This document shows positions 12,781 to 24,491 of a DNA stretch of 64,000 bases, one piece after another. Numbering within the stretch: the stretch's first letter is position 1; each line of letters begins with the position of its first letter. Below the pieces are notes generated by a model that was given only the letters and a program-made list of their open reading frames with translations, was not told where the DNA came from and did no database searches. Source of the DNA: Chiloscyllium plagiosum (taxonomy: Eukaryota); NCBI RefSeq assembly GCF_004010195.1, contig NC_057727.1, positions 18,231,497 to 18,295,496 of the forward strand, written 5' to 3'. Both the position numbers and the translations under genes were made by a program.

Positions 12781-13308
12781 TCATGATGTGGAAGTGGTAG
12801 TGTTGGACTGGGGTGGACAAAATTAAAAATCACACAACACTAGGTTATGAGTCCAACAGGTTTATTTGAATGTACTAGCTTTCAGAGCGCTGCTGCTTCA
12901 TCAGGTAGCTGTGGAGCAGGATCATAAGTCATAGAATTTATAGCAAAAGATCACAGTGTCATGCATGCAACCATTACGATATATTAAACAAACCTGGATT
13001 GCTGTTTATGTCTTTCATCTTTTAGATTGGTTGCAGGGTTTGGTTAATTAATATGTAAATCCCAGAACTTCTTTCAAATCACATTTGGTTTTACAAAAAA
13101 TGTTACATCTCAGCTCAGATAATGCATTAAAAGTGTGAGGTTAAAGTCTGCCTCTATCCCAATCCTAGGTTAGACTGGTTCTATTTCCAAAGTAGGAATT
13201 TACAAAATGTTTCATGGATTGACTGCTTGCATTGACAGCCTGCAGATTGTGTGCTTTTTGAACAAAATAGAATATATCTGCAATCACAATTTTCCAAATG
13301 CAAATTCA
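12781..13308 (-). mobile_element. Short Penelope-associated repeat (second pLTR family)
   Basis: Minus strand carries CTGATGAAGCAGCAGCGCTCTGAAAGCTAG; homologous to 21411-21715 and 50890-51350. Confidence 0.7.
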
Positions 13309-13312
13309 CCTC

Positions 13313-13760
13313 ATGGTGCCACTGTTTAAGAAAAGATGGTAAGGACAAGCCAGGGAACTATAGACCGGTGAGCCTGACCTCAGTGGTGGGCTAGTTGTTG
13401 GAGGGAATCCTGAGGGACAGGATGTACATGTATTTGGAAAGGCAAGGACTGATTTGGGATAGTCAACATGGCTTTGTGCATGGGAAATCATGTCTCACAA
13501 ACTTGAATGAGTGTTTTGAAGAAGTAACAAAGAAGATTGATGAGGGCAGAGCAGTAGATGTGATCTATATGGACTTCAGCAAGGCGTTCGACAAGGTTCC
13601 CCATGGGAGACTGATTAGCAAGGTTAGATCTCATGGAATACAGGGAGAACTAGCCATTTGGACACAGAACTGGCTCAAAAGGTAGAAGACAGAGGGTGGT
13701 GGTGGAGGATTGTTTTTCAGACTGGAGGCCTGTGACCAGTGGAGTGCCACAAGGATCGAT
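13313..13760 (+). mobile_element. CR1 LINE RT fragment
   Basis: PGNYRPVSLTSVVG...SQHGFVHGKSCLTNL...YMDFSKAFDKVPH...SGVPQGS. Confidence 0.92.
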
Positions 13761-13988
13761 TGGTCAGAAAGCCAACTATTTTGCAGGATTGATCATTCTC
13801 ACTACATAGTGGAGCATTAAACCTCTCCCATGAATCAATGTGAGATTTTTAAGAAATAGTTGAGATGTAAATCTGATAACGTAAATTAGGGAGATTTAAA
13901 CAATCCTTCGATAAACACATGGGTGATTTTGCAATAGTGTAGGGGACGAGTTGAGAATAATTCACAGGTCGGCGTGAATAATTCACAG

Positions 13989-14301
13989 AGGTAGGGAGGA
14001 GGGACTTGGAGGAGGGGCGTTGGAAATGTGATAGGTGGAAAGAGGTCAAGGTGAGGGTGATAGGTGGGAGTAGGATGGAGGCGGAGAGGTCAAGAAGAAG
14101 ACATTTCCAACTCCCCTCCTCCAAGTCCCTCCTCCCTACCTTTTATCTTCTCCTTTCGGGCACAGGCCCTTCTTCAGGAAAGAAGGGCCTGTGCCCGAAA
14201 CGTCGAATCTCCTGTTCCCTGGATGCTGCCTGACCTGCTGTGCTGTTCCAGCAATAAAGTTTCAACTTTGATCTCCAGCATCTGCAGACCTCACTTTCTC
14301 C
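13989..14301. mobile_element. Penelope-like pLTR fold-back fragment
   Basis: Inverted then direct pLTR segments matching 48790-48910 and 52280-52481; internal perfect hairpin at 14154-14200. Confidence 0.8.
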
Positions 14302-15599
14302 CCGAAGGGTCTGTTTCCATGCTGTACATCTCTATGACTCTATGTGTAAACAGTATTCATTGTTTTGCATTTTGCTTTACTCTAATCTGGAGGTGGACTC
14401 AAAATTCCAACTGAAATGAACAGATGCACAAAATAATGAAAAATGCTTGTATATTTCTTGTATATTGCTGGCCTTTATATCAAGAGGAGTATAAGAGAAG
14501 GGAGTACAAGTCAAGGTCTGGACAAATAAAGCCCTGGCTAGATCAGACCTGGAGTACTGTGAGCAGTTCTTGGACTTACCTTAAAAGTTTTTTTTCCCTC
14601 TGGCATTAAGAGTGCAGTGTAGGACAGCTGGAGGTGGGATTACACAGAATAGGGTATTATTTAAGGGTTGATCCACTCAATACTTTCAAGCTATTAAGGG
14701 GAACAGACTGAGCAGATAGCAAGAAACAATTTCTGTTCATTTGGAAATCTATGATTAGGGAGCATAATCTAAAATTAGATCCAGATCTTTCAGGGTAAAT
14801 TACACAGAAAGGTTTTTTACGGTACAAAAGTGGCTACACGTAAAAAGATTTTCATTGGTTGTAAAGCACTTTGAATCATTCTGTGGTCAAAAAGGTACAT
14901 CATGTAAATCTTTCTTCGAAGCTTGAAAGCTGTTCAGTGAACAGTAATTAGTGCTAAATCAACTACCTATAAATTAAAACTTTAGATTGATAGATTATAG
15001 CTAATAAGAGAAGATACAGAATATGATGCATAAATGGGTATATCAAATTATATTGCTAAATTGACCATGATCTTTATGTTGGCAGAAGAAGCTGAAAGGA
15101 AAATCAGCCTATTCAATTTCATACTATCTCTAACTTTTTCTTGTATATTGAAAGTAGTCTCCTGTGTTTTCAAAGTTCCCTGATCACTGCGACCTCTCAG
15201 TTCTAGCTATATGGTATTTGTAAATCTTGTGTACTAACTATTGAAAGTTCAGTCTCATTTTTATCACATGGCATAAAATTAAAATCGATCATTCTTTTTA
15301 ACTTTTGAAGAAGGGTCACTGGATCTGAAACATTGACTCTGCTTCCACTCCAAAAATGCTGCCAATTGCTGTTGAGTTCCTCCAGCAATTTCTGGTTTTG
15401 GTATCAGATTTTCAGCAGTTCTTTGCTTTATTATTCTTTTTAATTTGTTGTCGCTAATATGTGGCATGCTTGCCTGTGCTGCTAATCAGAGGGCACAGTG
15501 GTCATCAGACTTGGTGTGAAGTGAATGGAGAAGCTTGAGGAGAGGGAAGTCCCTTCAACCACTCTTGTCCTTGACATCCTGCAATACCTCACGTCAGCC

Positions 15600-15867
15600 A
15601 CTAGGACAGGGTTATGGGCAGTTTCTGACGCAATCACAATGTGCCAGGTGAGCGAAGCTGGCTGCAGAATGATGACGTAAAGGCACACATGGGAGCGTGC
15701 GGGTGAAGTATTAAAACGGGATTGAGCCTAATATTAATTAACTGGTTCATCAGTACTTTTCGATGAGAAGTAGTCGTTACTGTTTTTAATCTGCTGCCCT
15801 CCAAACGCTTAGTTTTCCACCGTATCTGTACTTAACCCACTTTCATTGGGAAACATCTGGATCAGAA
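15600..15867 (+). promoter_or_regulatory. Putative SURF6 promoter/5' UTR
   Basis: Unique, locally CpG-richer sequence directly upstream of the SURF6 ATG; CRE-like TGACGTAA at 15673-15680. TSS not determinable. Confidence 0.45.
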
Positions 15868-15967
15868 ATGGCTGATCCCAGTCTCGCTGCAAAAGACCAG
15901 TATTTTCAGAGTTTGGGAAGCAAAGTGTGCGCATCTCAGAATCAGGAGCCGCGTAAACGAAAGCTGG
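15868..15967 (+). CDS. SURF6: Surfeit locus protein 6, coding exon 1 (MADPSLAAKDQYFQSLGSKVCASQNQEPRKRKL)
   Basis: Matches the vertebrate SURF6 N-terminus (MASLLAKDAYLQSLAKKIC type); good Kozak gaaATGG; donor CTGG|gtaagg, phase 1. Not in the ORF track. Confidence 0.9.
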
Positions 15968-16149
15968 GTAAGGAACGCAATACAAATCGTAATACTGAGG
16001 GGGATTTTTCTTACTCCTGATTAACGAATGACATGGGGCGAAAGCAGTCCTGGTAGCAATGTTCAAAAAGTCAGGCATTGTAAAAGAAACTAATATTGTG
16101 GAACTCTCTAGAGCAGAGAGACTTATGACTTCATGAACATAATTATTTG

Positions 16150-17375
16150 CGTCACACGTAGACAGGATGGTTAAGAAGGCGTTTAGCACGCTTACCTTCA
16201 TTGCTCAGACCTTTTGCGGGAGGAATTGGGCTGTCACGTTGACGTTGCACAGAATATTAGCCAAGCCTTTTCTGGAATAATGTGTCCGATTCTGGCCCCT
16301 GTTATTGGAAAGATATTATTAAGCTGTTCAGGGTTCAGAAGAGATTTACCACGATGTTGCTGAGAATGGAAGGTTTGAGTTAGGAGAGGCTGGGACTCCT
16401 TTCACCTGGAGCCTAGGAGGTTGAGGGATGACCTTTGTGAGAAACAAAGCTCACTCACTTCAATAATTTCAGTCCGAGACAAGATCTGAAGCAATCAGTA
16501 TATTTATTATACGCTTGAAAGCGTAGTGCCTAAAATAGACACACCGAGTTTAGCAAGTACATATTTTATATAGGATTCACTACTCCAAACCCAGTGCCTA
16601 TTACTATTGCTTATCTCTTGCCGTATCCGGCCTTGTGCATAACAAAGTACAAGTTTTACTCGGCCATTTCACCACATCCTGCTATGGCCCATTGTTAGGT
16701 ATATCCTTCTTCATGATTATCTACTACCTCCACATGTGCGATTTCCTTCCTTTCCCTCACCATATTGATCCTTATGACCTTTTAATTGGGGTTTGTTTTT
16801 GTGTTTTTGCAAAAGTGGGAAACAGATGCTTATACCTACTGCTTGCACAAGCATATCTGGCTTAACCTACATCCTCACAGCACCTTATCTATTTGTCTAC
16901 CATTGTTAGCAGGCATGTTTCATTCTTGCATTTACATTTTAGCTAATACAAAAACAATTATATATTCCCTCCACATAGTTTTCATTGTTGTTGACTCAGC
17001 TCTTGGGTTGAAACAATTATACACTGGTGTGAGTGCATTTACCTTGCATAAGTAATTATGATTGCAGAAGTAACACTACTTTACCTATATCCCACACCTT
17101 ATAGAGAATTTATAAAATCATGAGTATAGCTAAGATGTCTTTTCTGTACGTTTGGGGATTTAAAGACTAGGGATTACGTTTTTAAAGTGAGAGAAAGATT
17201 TAAAGAAGATGGGGGGGGCAACATTTTTACACCGTGGTTTGCATGTGGACTGAATTTCCAGAGGAACTGGTGAGTGGGAGTACAGTTACAATGTTTGAAA
17301 GACATTTGGATAAGTACATGAAGAAGAAATGTTTGGAAGAATATGGGCTAAGTGCAAGTAGGAGGGACTAGTTTA
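16150..17375 (+). mobile_element. CR1 LINE 3' portion split by a solo LTR
   Basis: CR1 sequence ...GAGGGATGACCTT / ATAGAG... resumes exactly after the insertion. Confidence 0.85.
16436..17096 (-). mobile_element. Solo LTR (661 bp) in SURF6 intron 1
   Basis: TGTGAGA...TCCCACA imperfect inverted ends, 4-bp TSD CCTT (16432-16435 and 17097-17100), minus-strand TATATAAAA at about 16572-16564 and AATAAA at 16508-16503. Confidence 0.8.
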
Positions 17376-17789
17376 AGCCACTGCAGGAGATATTTGCAGG
17401 ACACAATTTAACAGGTGAGGATGATGCAAAATTAGACTCATTGCACTTAGCTGAACAGTATGACAGATGTAAAATTCTGAATTAAACCATACAATGTAGC
17501 ATCTGTCAAAGAATAAACCCAAGAGGTCAATAACTTTAAAAGTTAACTATTTCCCTTTCGTAGATGCTACTTAACCATATCCAGCATTTACTAGTTACTC
17601 CAGCATCCACAGTAATTTGCACATTCACATTTTATAAATACAGAAGCAAAAGGTAAATTGGGATTGTAAAACCATGGCAGAAGTAAGGGTTAGAGATTGG
17701 TGGCTAATCTTTTTGGATTGTGGAATCTGGAAGTGTTAATGACAGTAAAATATTTTCAGTAATAGATGAATTAAAGCAAAGATAGTTGG

Positions 17790-18090
17790 AAGTACCATCT
17801 ACAAATACAACTCACCTAACCTCCTCCCACAATACTTTCCAAATCCATAACGCCAGTGTCCAGATGGAAATTGGCAGCAGATGCATGGGAACAAAACCAT
17901 CTGGAGTCTTCCTCCAAGCCATGTGCAACTATCACTGTTCCTTCACTGCTATTGTATAAAATCCTTGAACTTCCTTTCTAACAGCACTGTTGGTGTCCCT
18001 GTGCCCCAAGTTCTGCAATGGTCCAGCTCATCTCCACCTTCTCCAGCAATTAGGAATGGGCACCTTCTGACATCTCATGAAAGAATTTAA
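17790..18090 (+). mobile_element. Old LINE 3' end
   Basis: Recognised by eye as an elasmobranch LINE 3' UTR (…ttcctttctaacagcactgttggtgt…caattaggaatgggc); degenerate. Confidence 0.45.
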
Positions 18091-18464
18091 GATAAAAAAA
18101 TCTTATTCTGATTATAGTTTGAGGATACAATAGGAGTATAATGGAAGTAAAATTGTGAGCTATAATTCTGGGAGGATGTTAACTTGTGAAGTCAGCTTGT
18201 ATCATTCACAAGCTAATCTCCAGATTTCAGGAGAATTATGCACAGACAGTGAATTCAGGAACTGTTTAATGGACAGAATCAATAGGTGAATTGTTGGCGG
18301 TTATCACTGAAAACTGGAGAACAGGAGGGTTGGTTTAATTCTGAAGTACATTGATAAAAATTAACCATTTAGAAATTCTGTAATGAAAATACTGAACATA
18401 AAGCTGGAGTAAATAAATCAAGATTTAACATTTTGTGTTGAGGCCCAGATGCAGTGTCTCTCAT

Positions 18465-19560
18465 TGAAACAACATAGAACGTTACAGTGCAGTACAGGCC
18501 CTTTGGCCCTCTGTTGCAACGACCTGCGAAAATCATTTGCTGCCCATCTAACCTCCACCATTCCATTATTATCCACATGTATATCCAATGCCCATTTAAA
18601 TGCCCTTAACGTCAGCGAGTCTACTACTGTTGCAGGCAGGCTGTCCCACGCTGCTACTATTCTGAGTGAAGAAACTACCCCTAATATCTGTCCTAAATCT
18701 ATTACCCCCCCCGCCCCAAATTTAAAGCTATGTCCCCTTGTGTTAGCCTTCACCATCCAATGAAAAAGGCTCTCACTGTCCACCTTACTTAACTCTCTGA
18801 TTATCTTACACATCTCGATTAAGTCACCTCTTAACCTCCTCCCCTCCAACGAAAACAGCCTGAGTTCCCTCAGCCTTTCCTCATAAGACCTTCCTTCCAT
18901 ACCAGGCAACATCCTGGTAAATCTCCTCTGAACCCTTTCCAAAACGTCCACATCCTTCCTGTAATGCGGTGACCAGAACTGCACGCAATGCTCCAGGTGC
19001 GGCCTTACCAGTATCTTGTACAGCTGAAGCATGACCTTGTGGCCCCGAAACTCAATCCCCCCCAACAATAAATGCCAACACACCATATGCTGCCTTAGCA
19101 ACCCTATCAATATGGATGGCAACTTTCAGGGATTTATGCACCTGGACACAGATCTCTCTATTCATCTACACTGCCAAGAATTTTACCATTAGTCCAGTAC
19201 TCTGCATTCGTGATACTTCTTCCGAAGTGAAATACCTCAGACTTTTCCACATTAAACTCCATTTGCCACTTCTCAGCCCAGCTCTGCATTTTATCTATGT
19301 CCCTCTAACTCACAATATCCTTTGGCACTATCCACAACTCTGCCTATCTTATTTACTAAGCCATCCTTCAATGCCCACATCCAAATCATTTGTATAAAAA
19401 TGACAAACAGCAGTGGCCCCAAAACAGATCCTTGTGTCACACCACTGGTAACTGAGCTCCAGGATAAACATTTCCCATCAACCACCACCTTCACCTCCCC
19501 AAATCCTTTGATCCCTTTAGCACCATCTTCTTTCAGCTAGCCAATTTCTGATCCAGTTTT
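18465..19560 (-). mobile_element. CR1 LINE 3' portion
   Basis: SGVTQGSVLGPLLFVIF, LVRPHLEHCVQFWSPHY, RRLRGDLIE peptides. Confidence 0.92.
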
Positions 19561-19742
19561 CTTTTGTTTTAAATTCTGATGAATTATATACTGTTTCTCT
19601 CTTATACAAAATGCAGATAATTTTAAAGTTACTGAGTGGAGACTAACTTGTAGAAATATTCAGGTGATGCTGTTAATTATTAAATGTGAATTAAATAAAA
19701 TCAAGTCCTGTTCAGGTTGTGTGGTTTTGTTTGTATCTTTAG

Positions 19743-19910
19743 TTTCTAAAAAGGAGGGCTCAAAAGCTCTAACCCAACCTAAAAAGAAGAAGAGGAGGAG
19801 AAGAAAGGAAGCTCTAAAGGAGCTGAAACATTTTCAACCAGTGAGTGGGGGTCAGCCTAATACCGTTCAAAATGGAGTGAAAGTGGACAAAATCCAGCAA
19901 AATACCAGAG
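19743..19910 (+). CDS. SURF6: Surfeit locus protein 6, coding exon 2 (VSKKEGSKALTQPKKKKRRRRK...QQNTR)
   Basis: tctttag| acceptor, basic PKKKKRRRRK tract, donor AGAG|gtgtga; phase 1 to phase 1. Confidence 0.85.
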
Positions 19911-20844
19911 GTGTGAGAATTCTGTCTTGCTATGAGTATTGTTTCCCTGTTCTCCACTGAGGTAGTGAAATTAATCTCCTTTCACAATTTAGGTACTTAG
20001 ATTAAATTCTTTTACACTCTTTATTATCATTGTTACCTCTAGATTCCAATATATTCCTGGCTGGTCTCTTACATTTTACCTTCCCATAGACTGGACGTTA
20101 TCCAAACTCCAGTGCCTGTGTATTGATTCACAGTGAGCCTTGTTCACCAAATACCTCTGTTCACCTACCCACATTGGCTCCAAGAAAAGCAAGCTTTGAT
20201 GTTAAAAGTCTCATGCTTGTTTTCAAAACCCTCTGAGGTCTAGCCCCTCCTGAAATCTCTAATAAATACTTTTAATCAACCTATTTCAGATGTTAATACA
20301 ATACCTGTCTGGTGCAGGTATAACGTGAATCCTGACCTTCCAGCTGAGAGATAGGGATATTACCACTGCATTGCAAGAGCCCCAGTACTGGCTAACTGCA
20401 GGCAGTTGTAACTGGTTTAGTCTGGAATTATGACTGATATGGACTGAAGGGTCTGTTTCTGTGCTGTATGACTCTGACTGTAATATCCCTCACAAACTTT
20501 TGTGTTTTCCTCTAATTCTAATATCTTACATATTCCTATTTAAAATTACTATGCTATTAGTGGCCACGCCTTTAGATTGCCTAAGTCCCAAGCTTTGGAA
20601 TTCCCTTCCGACATGTCACCACCTCACGTTCCTTTATAAAAACTCTTAATACTGACTTTGTCCAAGTTTTTTGTTATCTGACTATTACCTCCTTATGTAT
20701 CTTGGTGTCGTATCTTCATTTATACTGCTCCTTTGAAGTACCTTGGGATGTTTTATTATGCTATATAAATATGCCTTTGTTTATTCCCCATCCTCATCTG
20801 CTCCCAGCACACTCATGCTTTCACCTTTACGTCGAAAATATAAA

Positions 20845-21750
20845 TGCAGAAAACAGGAGCAGGATTAGCCCATTCAGCCTTTTGAGGCTGCTCTGCCATT
20901 CATCATGATAATGGCTGTTCACCCAACTCCATAGCCTGTTCCTACTTTACACCTCCCCAAATCCTTTGATCCCTTTAGCACCAAGTGCTAAATCCAACTT
21001 CTCCTTCAAACCATAAAATATTTTGTCCTTGATTGCTTTCTGTGGTAGTGAATTTTACGGGCTCCTCACTCTCTGGGTGAGCGGTTTTCTCCTCACCTCA
21101 GTCGTAAATGATTTCCCCTGTGTCCTTAGATTGTAACCTCTGGTTCTGGACCCCACAACTGGAAATCCATCCTGCATCTACCCTGTTCAGTCCTGTTTCT
21201 AGGTTTCTATGAGATCTCTCTCCATTCTTCTGAACTCCAAGTATAATCCTAACTGAATTTTTTTTTAAAAACCTGAACTTGTATGTAATTCTCATCATCC
21301 CAGGAATCAGTTTAGTAAATCTTTGATGCACTCCCTTTATAGTAAGAGTATTCTTCCAAAACTGCTCACAACGTTCCAGTTGTGGTATCACCAATGCCCC
21401 TGTAATTGCATGATGTGGAGGAACCGGTGTTGAACTGGGTGGACAACGATAAAAATGACATAACAACAGGTTTATTTGTAAGCACTAGCTTTCAGCACTG
21501 CTCCTTCATCAGGTTGTTGTGGAGCGGGACCATAAGACACAGAATTTATAGCAAAGGATTACAAATATTTGTTCAGTGTCTCATTTCAGTTGCATGATGC
21601 TGTAATGTTTTGATGTAAATTCTGTGTCTTATAGTCCTGCTCCACAACTACCTGATGAAGGAGCAGCGCTCCAAAAGCTAGTCCTTCCAAAATAACCTGA
21701 TATTGTGATTTTTAACCCTGTAATTGCAGCGAGACATCCCTGCTCCTGAT
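20845..21750 (-). mobile_element. Old CR1 LINE 3' portion interrupted by a PLE palindrome
   Basis: PQLERCEQFW...QRFTKLIPGM peptides; sequence resumes after 21728. Confidence 0.75.
21411..21715. mobile_element. Inverted-pair Penelope-associated short element in SURF6 intron 2
   Basis: Two oppositely oriented copies, each with CTGATGAAGGAGCAG; perfect 13-bp flanking duplication CCCTGTAATTGCA (21398-21410, 21716-21728). Confidence 0.8.
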
Positions 21751-21861
21751 TATTTTTGTATTATCATATTGTTTTAAAGCTTTTTCTACATAGCTAATCT
21801 ACGTTTAGTACAGATGTAATTGGTGAATATGATATGTTATAACTTTAAACTTTCCTTTCAG

Positions 21862-21947
21862 TCAGTGAAGTGAACACAAGCTCGTTTTCAACAGTAAATA
21901 TTCTTCGTCAGAGACTACATGAGAAAATCCAAGAAAGCCGCGGTCAG
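21862..21947 (+). CDS. SURF6: Surfeit locus protein 6, coding exon 3 (VSEVNTSSFSTVNILRQRLHEKIQESRGQ)
   Basis: tttcctttcag| acceptor; conserved LRQRLHEKIQExRGQ; donor CAG|gtaaat, phase 0. Confidence 0.93.
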
Positions 21948-22757
21948 GTAAATTTTGATATGCCTTACATTTTGTGTGCTGGGTATATTTGGAGTCACTA
22001 TTGGGTCACCTAGTCAGTCAGTTAGCTCTGAAGTGAATACAAGTTAAGTAACTATTAGTTTGGAAAAAGAAATTCAAATTGTGTCTAAATGCAGTGAAAG
22101 ACGCTTAACTGGATTTGGATTGAAATATTATTGATTGAATGAATATCAAACTTTATCTGTTTTTAAACTTTAATGTTTACAGTTCCCCTGGAGAATTAAT
22201 TAACCAATGCTTTTGAATTTTAAAGTATATGTAAAAAGATTCAAAGATCTGACAGTACAATTCTGGGTGCCACAAAATAGAATGGGATTATTGAATGTAT
22301 ATTTTGAATTGTTTTTTTAAACTAGTAATAATTTCACGGTATATAAAGCTTTTTGCAGTCAGAGATGTCAGATTAGAATAGTCTCAGTTAAATAGTAACT
22401 TTACAGTCTTGACCCCCCCCCAAGCCAAAATTCAAATCCTGGCAAAATATTTGACTGTAGAGACCTTTGTTAGAAAGGGTCTTTGTTTTTTAATTTGTAT
22501 TGGATTCTGGGAGACTATAATTGTGAAAATGCCTCCATTTACAGGAGACTAATTTAATACCAAGTAATTTGATAAGTAAATGGGACAAGTGGAATGGCAT
22601 GCAATTTATTGAGAGTAATTCTAGTTTTTTTGTCTGTATTCCAAGCAAACTTTATATGTAGTCTACATAACTTTCCAGCTATTCACTACAGATTTTCATT
22701 TACTACCTTTTCATTACTCTGTCATCAATTGTGTCATGTCTTGTGTTTTTTTGACAG

Positions 22758-23444
22758 TGCAATCCAAAAGGCTTGCTTCCTGAAGAATTAGAGAAGAAAC
22801 GGCTGCACAGAAAGCGGGAGAGGGAAAAGAAAAAACAGAAACGGAAAGAGATGCGAATGAAAAAAGAACAGCAAATTGTTCAGGAAGATAGTATTGCAGC
22901 AGAGGCTCAAGATACAGAGAAAAAAGACACATCGAAGAAAATGGAAAATCAATTGCTCTTCAATAAAGTGGATTTGCCATCTGAGGTAGTTAAAGACAAA
23001 AAGATGAAAAGAAAAGAGAAAAAACAGAAAATTAAAGGTGGCATCACACCTCTCACTGGTAAAAACTACAAACAACTTTTATCTCGACTGGAAGCCCAAA
23101 AGAATAAGATTGAAGAATTGAAGATTAAAGATGAAAATAAGGCAAAGGAAGTTGAAATGAAGATGAAGTGGACCAATGTTCTGTACAAAGCTGAAGGCCT
23201 GAAAATTAAAGACAATGAAGAATTGCTGAAAGCTTCACTAAAGCGAAAAGAAAAACTCAAATCCCAACGGCAGAAGAACTGGGAAAAGCTAACAGAACAT
23301 GTTGTTGAAAAGATGCAGCGTCGTCAAGATAAGAGGAAAAGAAATATAATGCAAAAGAAGCATGCCAAGATAGAACGGAAAAAAGACAAGGCAAGAAAGA
23401 AAGGACGTATTCTACCTGAAGATTTAAAAAAAGCAAATCTTTGA
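22758..23444 (+). CDS. SURF6: Surfeit locus protein 6, terminal coding exon (SURF6 domain)
   Basis: ttttttgacag| acceptor; LLFNKV, TPLTGKNYKQLL, KMKWTNVLYKAEGLKIKD, ARKKGRILPEDLKKANL*; total CDS 1041 nt, 346 aa. Confidence 0.96.
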   Translation, partial: CNPKGLLPEELEKKRLHRKREREKKKQKRKEMRMKKEQQIVQEDSIAAEAQDTEKKDTSKKMENQLLFNKVDLPSEVVKDKKMKRKEKKQKIKGGITPLTGKNYKQLLSRLEAQKNKIEELKIKDENKAKEVEMKMKWTNVLYKAEGLKIKDNEELLKASLKRKEKLKSQRQKNWEKLTEHVVEKMQRRQDKRKRNIMQKKHAKIERKKDKARKKGRILPEDLKKANL

Positions 23445-23617
23445 GAGAAGAGTTGAATTTTGTATTAACATAAAATAGTCTCAAACCTACACTGTGACCA
23501 ATTTTTGTAAAGCATTGATATACAATGGTGTTGCTCACTAGTATTTTATTTACTGTATTATATTGAGTAAAGGATCCTGGCACTGTTAAATATGTTACAA
23601 ACAGATTTTCTATCAAC

Positions 23618-23623
23618 ATTAAA
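23618..23623 (+). terminator. Candidate SURF6 polyadenylation signal (ATTAAA)
   Basis: Variant hexamer about 175 nt after the stop codon in an AT-rich 3' UTR. Confidence 0.4.
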
Positions 23624-23794
23624 TATTTCCACCTTCATAAATAGTAAATTATTTGACTAATCAAGTATATAATGGCACAGTAATATTTTCTTGCAGGATA
23701 ATTCAGTTCATGTAGCTGAATCAAATTCTGCCCTGATCAACGTTTGCTGTTAAGAGTGAATGTGTAAATAACGGACTCTTTAATGCGTAATCAT

Positions 23795-24090
23795 AGTATC
23801 CCAACACTGTGGAAGCAAGCCGTTCAACCCATCAAGTCACAATCTCTGAACAGCATCCCACCCAGACTCAAACTCCTACTTAATCCCTGTAACCTTGCAT
23901 TTCTCATGACTAATCCACCCAACCTACACATCCCTGAATGCTCTGAGCAATTTAGCATAGCCAATCCACTGAACTTGTACAGCTTTGGACTATGGATGGA
24001 AACCACTGCAGGCACAAGGAGAACGTGCAAACTCAATGTTGGATTCAAACCTGGCTCCCTGAGGCAGCAGTGCTAACCATTCAGCCGCCC
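23795..24090 (-). mobile_element. HE1-type SINE, degenerate
   Basis: Homologous to 4256-4568 (…ggagaacgtgcaaactc…gaggcagcagtgctaacca…gccgccc). Confidence 0.8.
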
Positions 24091-24491
24091 TGGCCTCTAT
24101 ACTCCTGATAGACGTCATTGCTTGTAGCAGTGAGAGTGGAAATTAAAAATAATGACTGACTTGGCAAGATGGCGGTGATTCAGTAGAACTGCCGTGGATG
24201 GCTCTACCTAACAGCCAAGGCATATTGGTGTTTTTTTTAACCATCCCCGGCCAACTTTTTTTTGTTTGATTGCATTACTGAACATTGCCCAGGAATGTCT
24301 GCAGCCTGTGTTCCACATTTCCAAAAGTATGCTCCAGAACTGCCCCACCCACAAAGAGAGTGACAAGGCCAAAATGACTACAATTGTCACCTCGCCCATG
24401 TACAATAGCTCCACCCTCGCCAACTTAGTTGGAGGAATTGTTAATTTGAACTAACAAACAACACATTTGTTGACAATTTGGAGTGGGCAGG

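Noticed and set aside
15809-16201. 130-aa - strand ORF overlapping SURF6 exon 1
   Set aside because: It starts inside a CR1 and is the antisense shadow of exon and intron sequence.
24140-24160. TSD for the L1 element
   Set aside because: Only a weak A-rich similarity to 32455-32470; not convincing.
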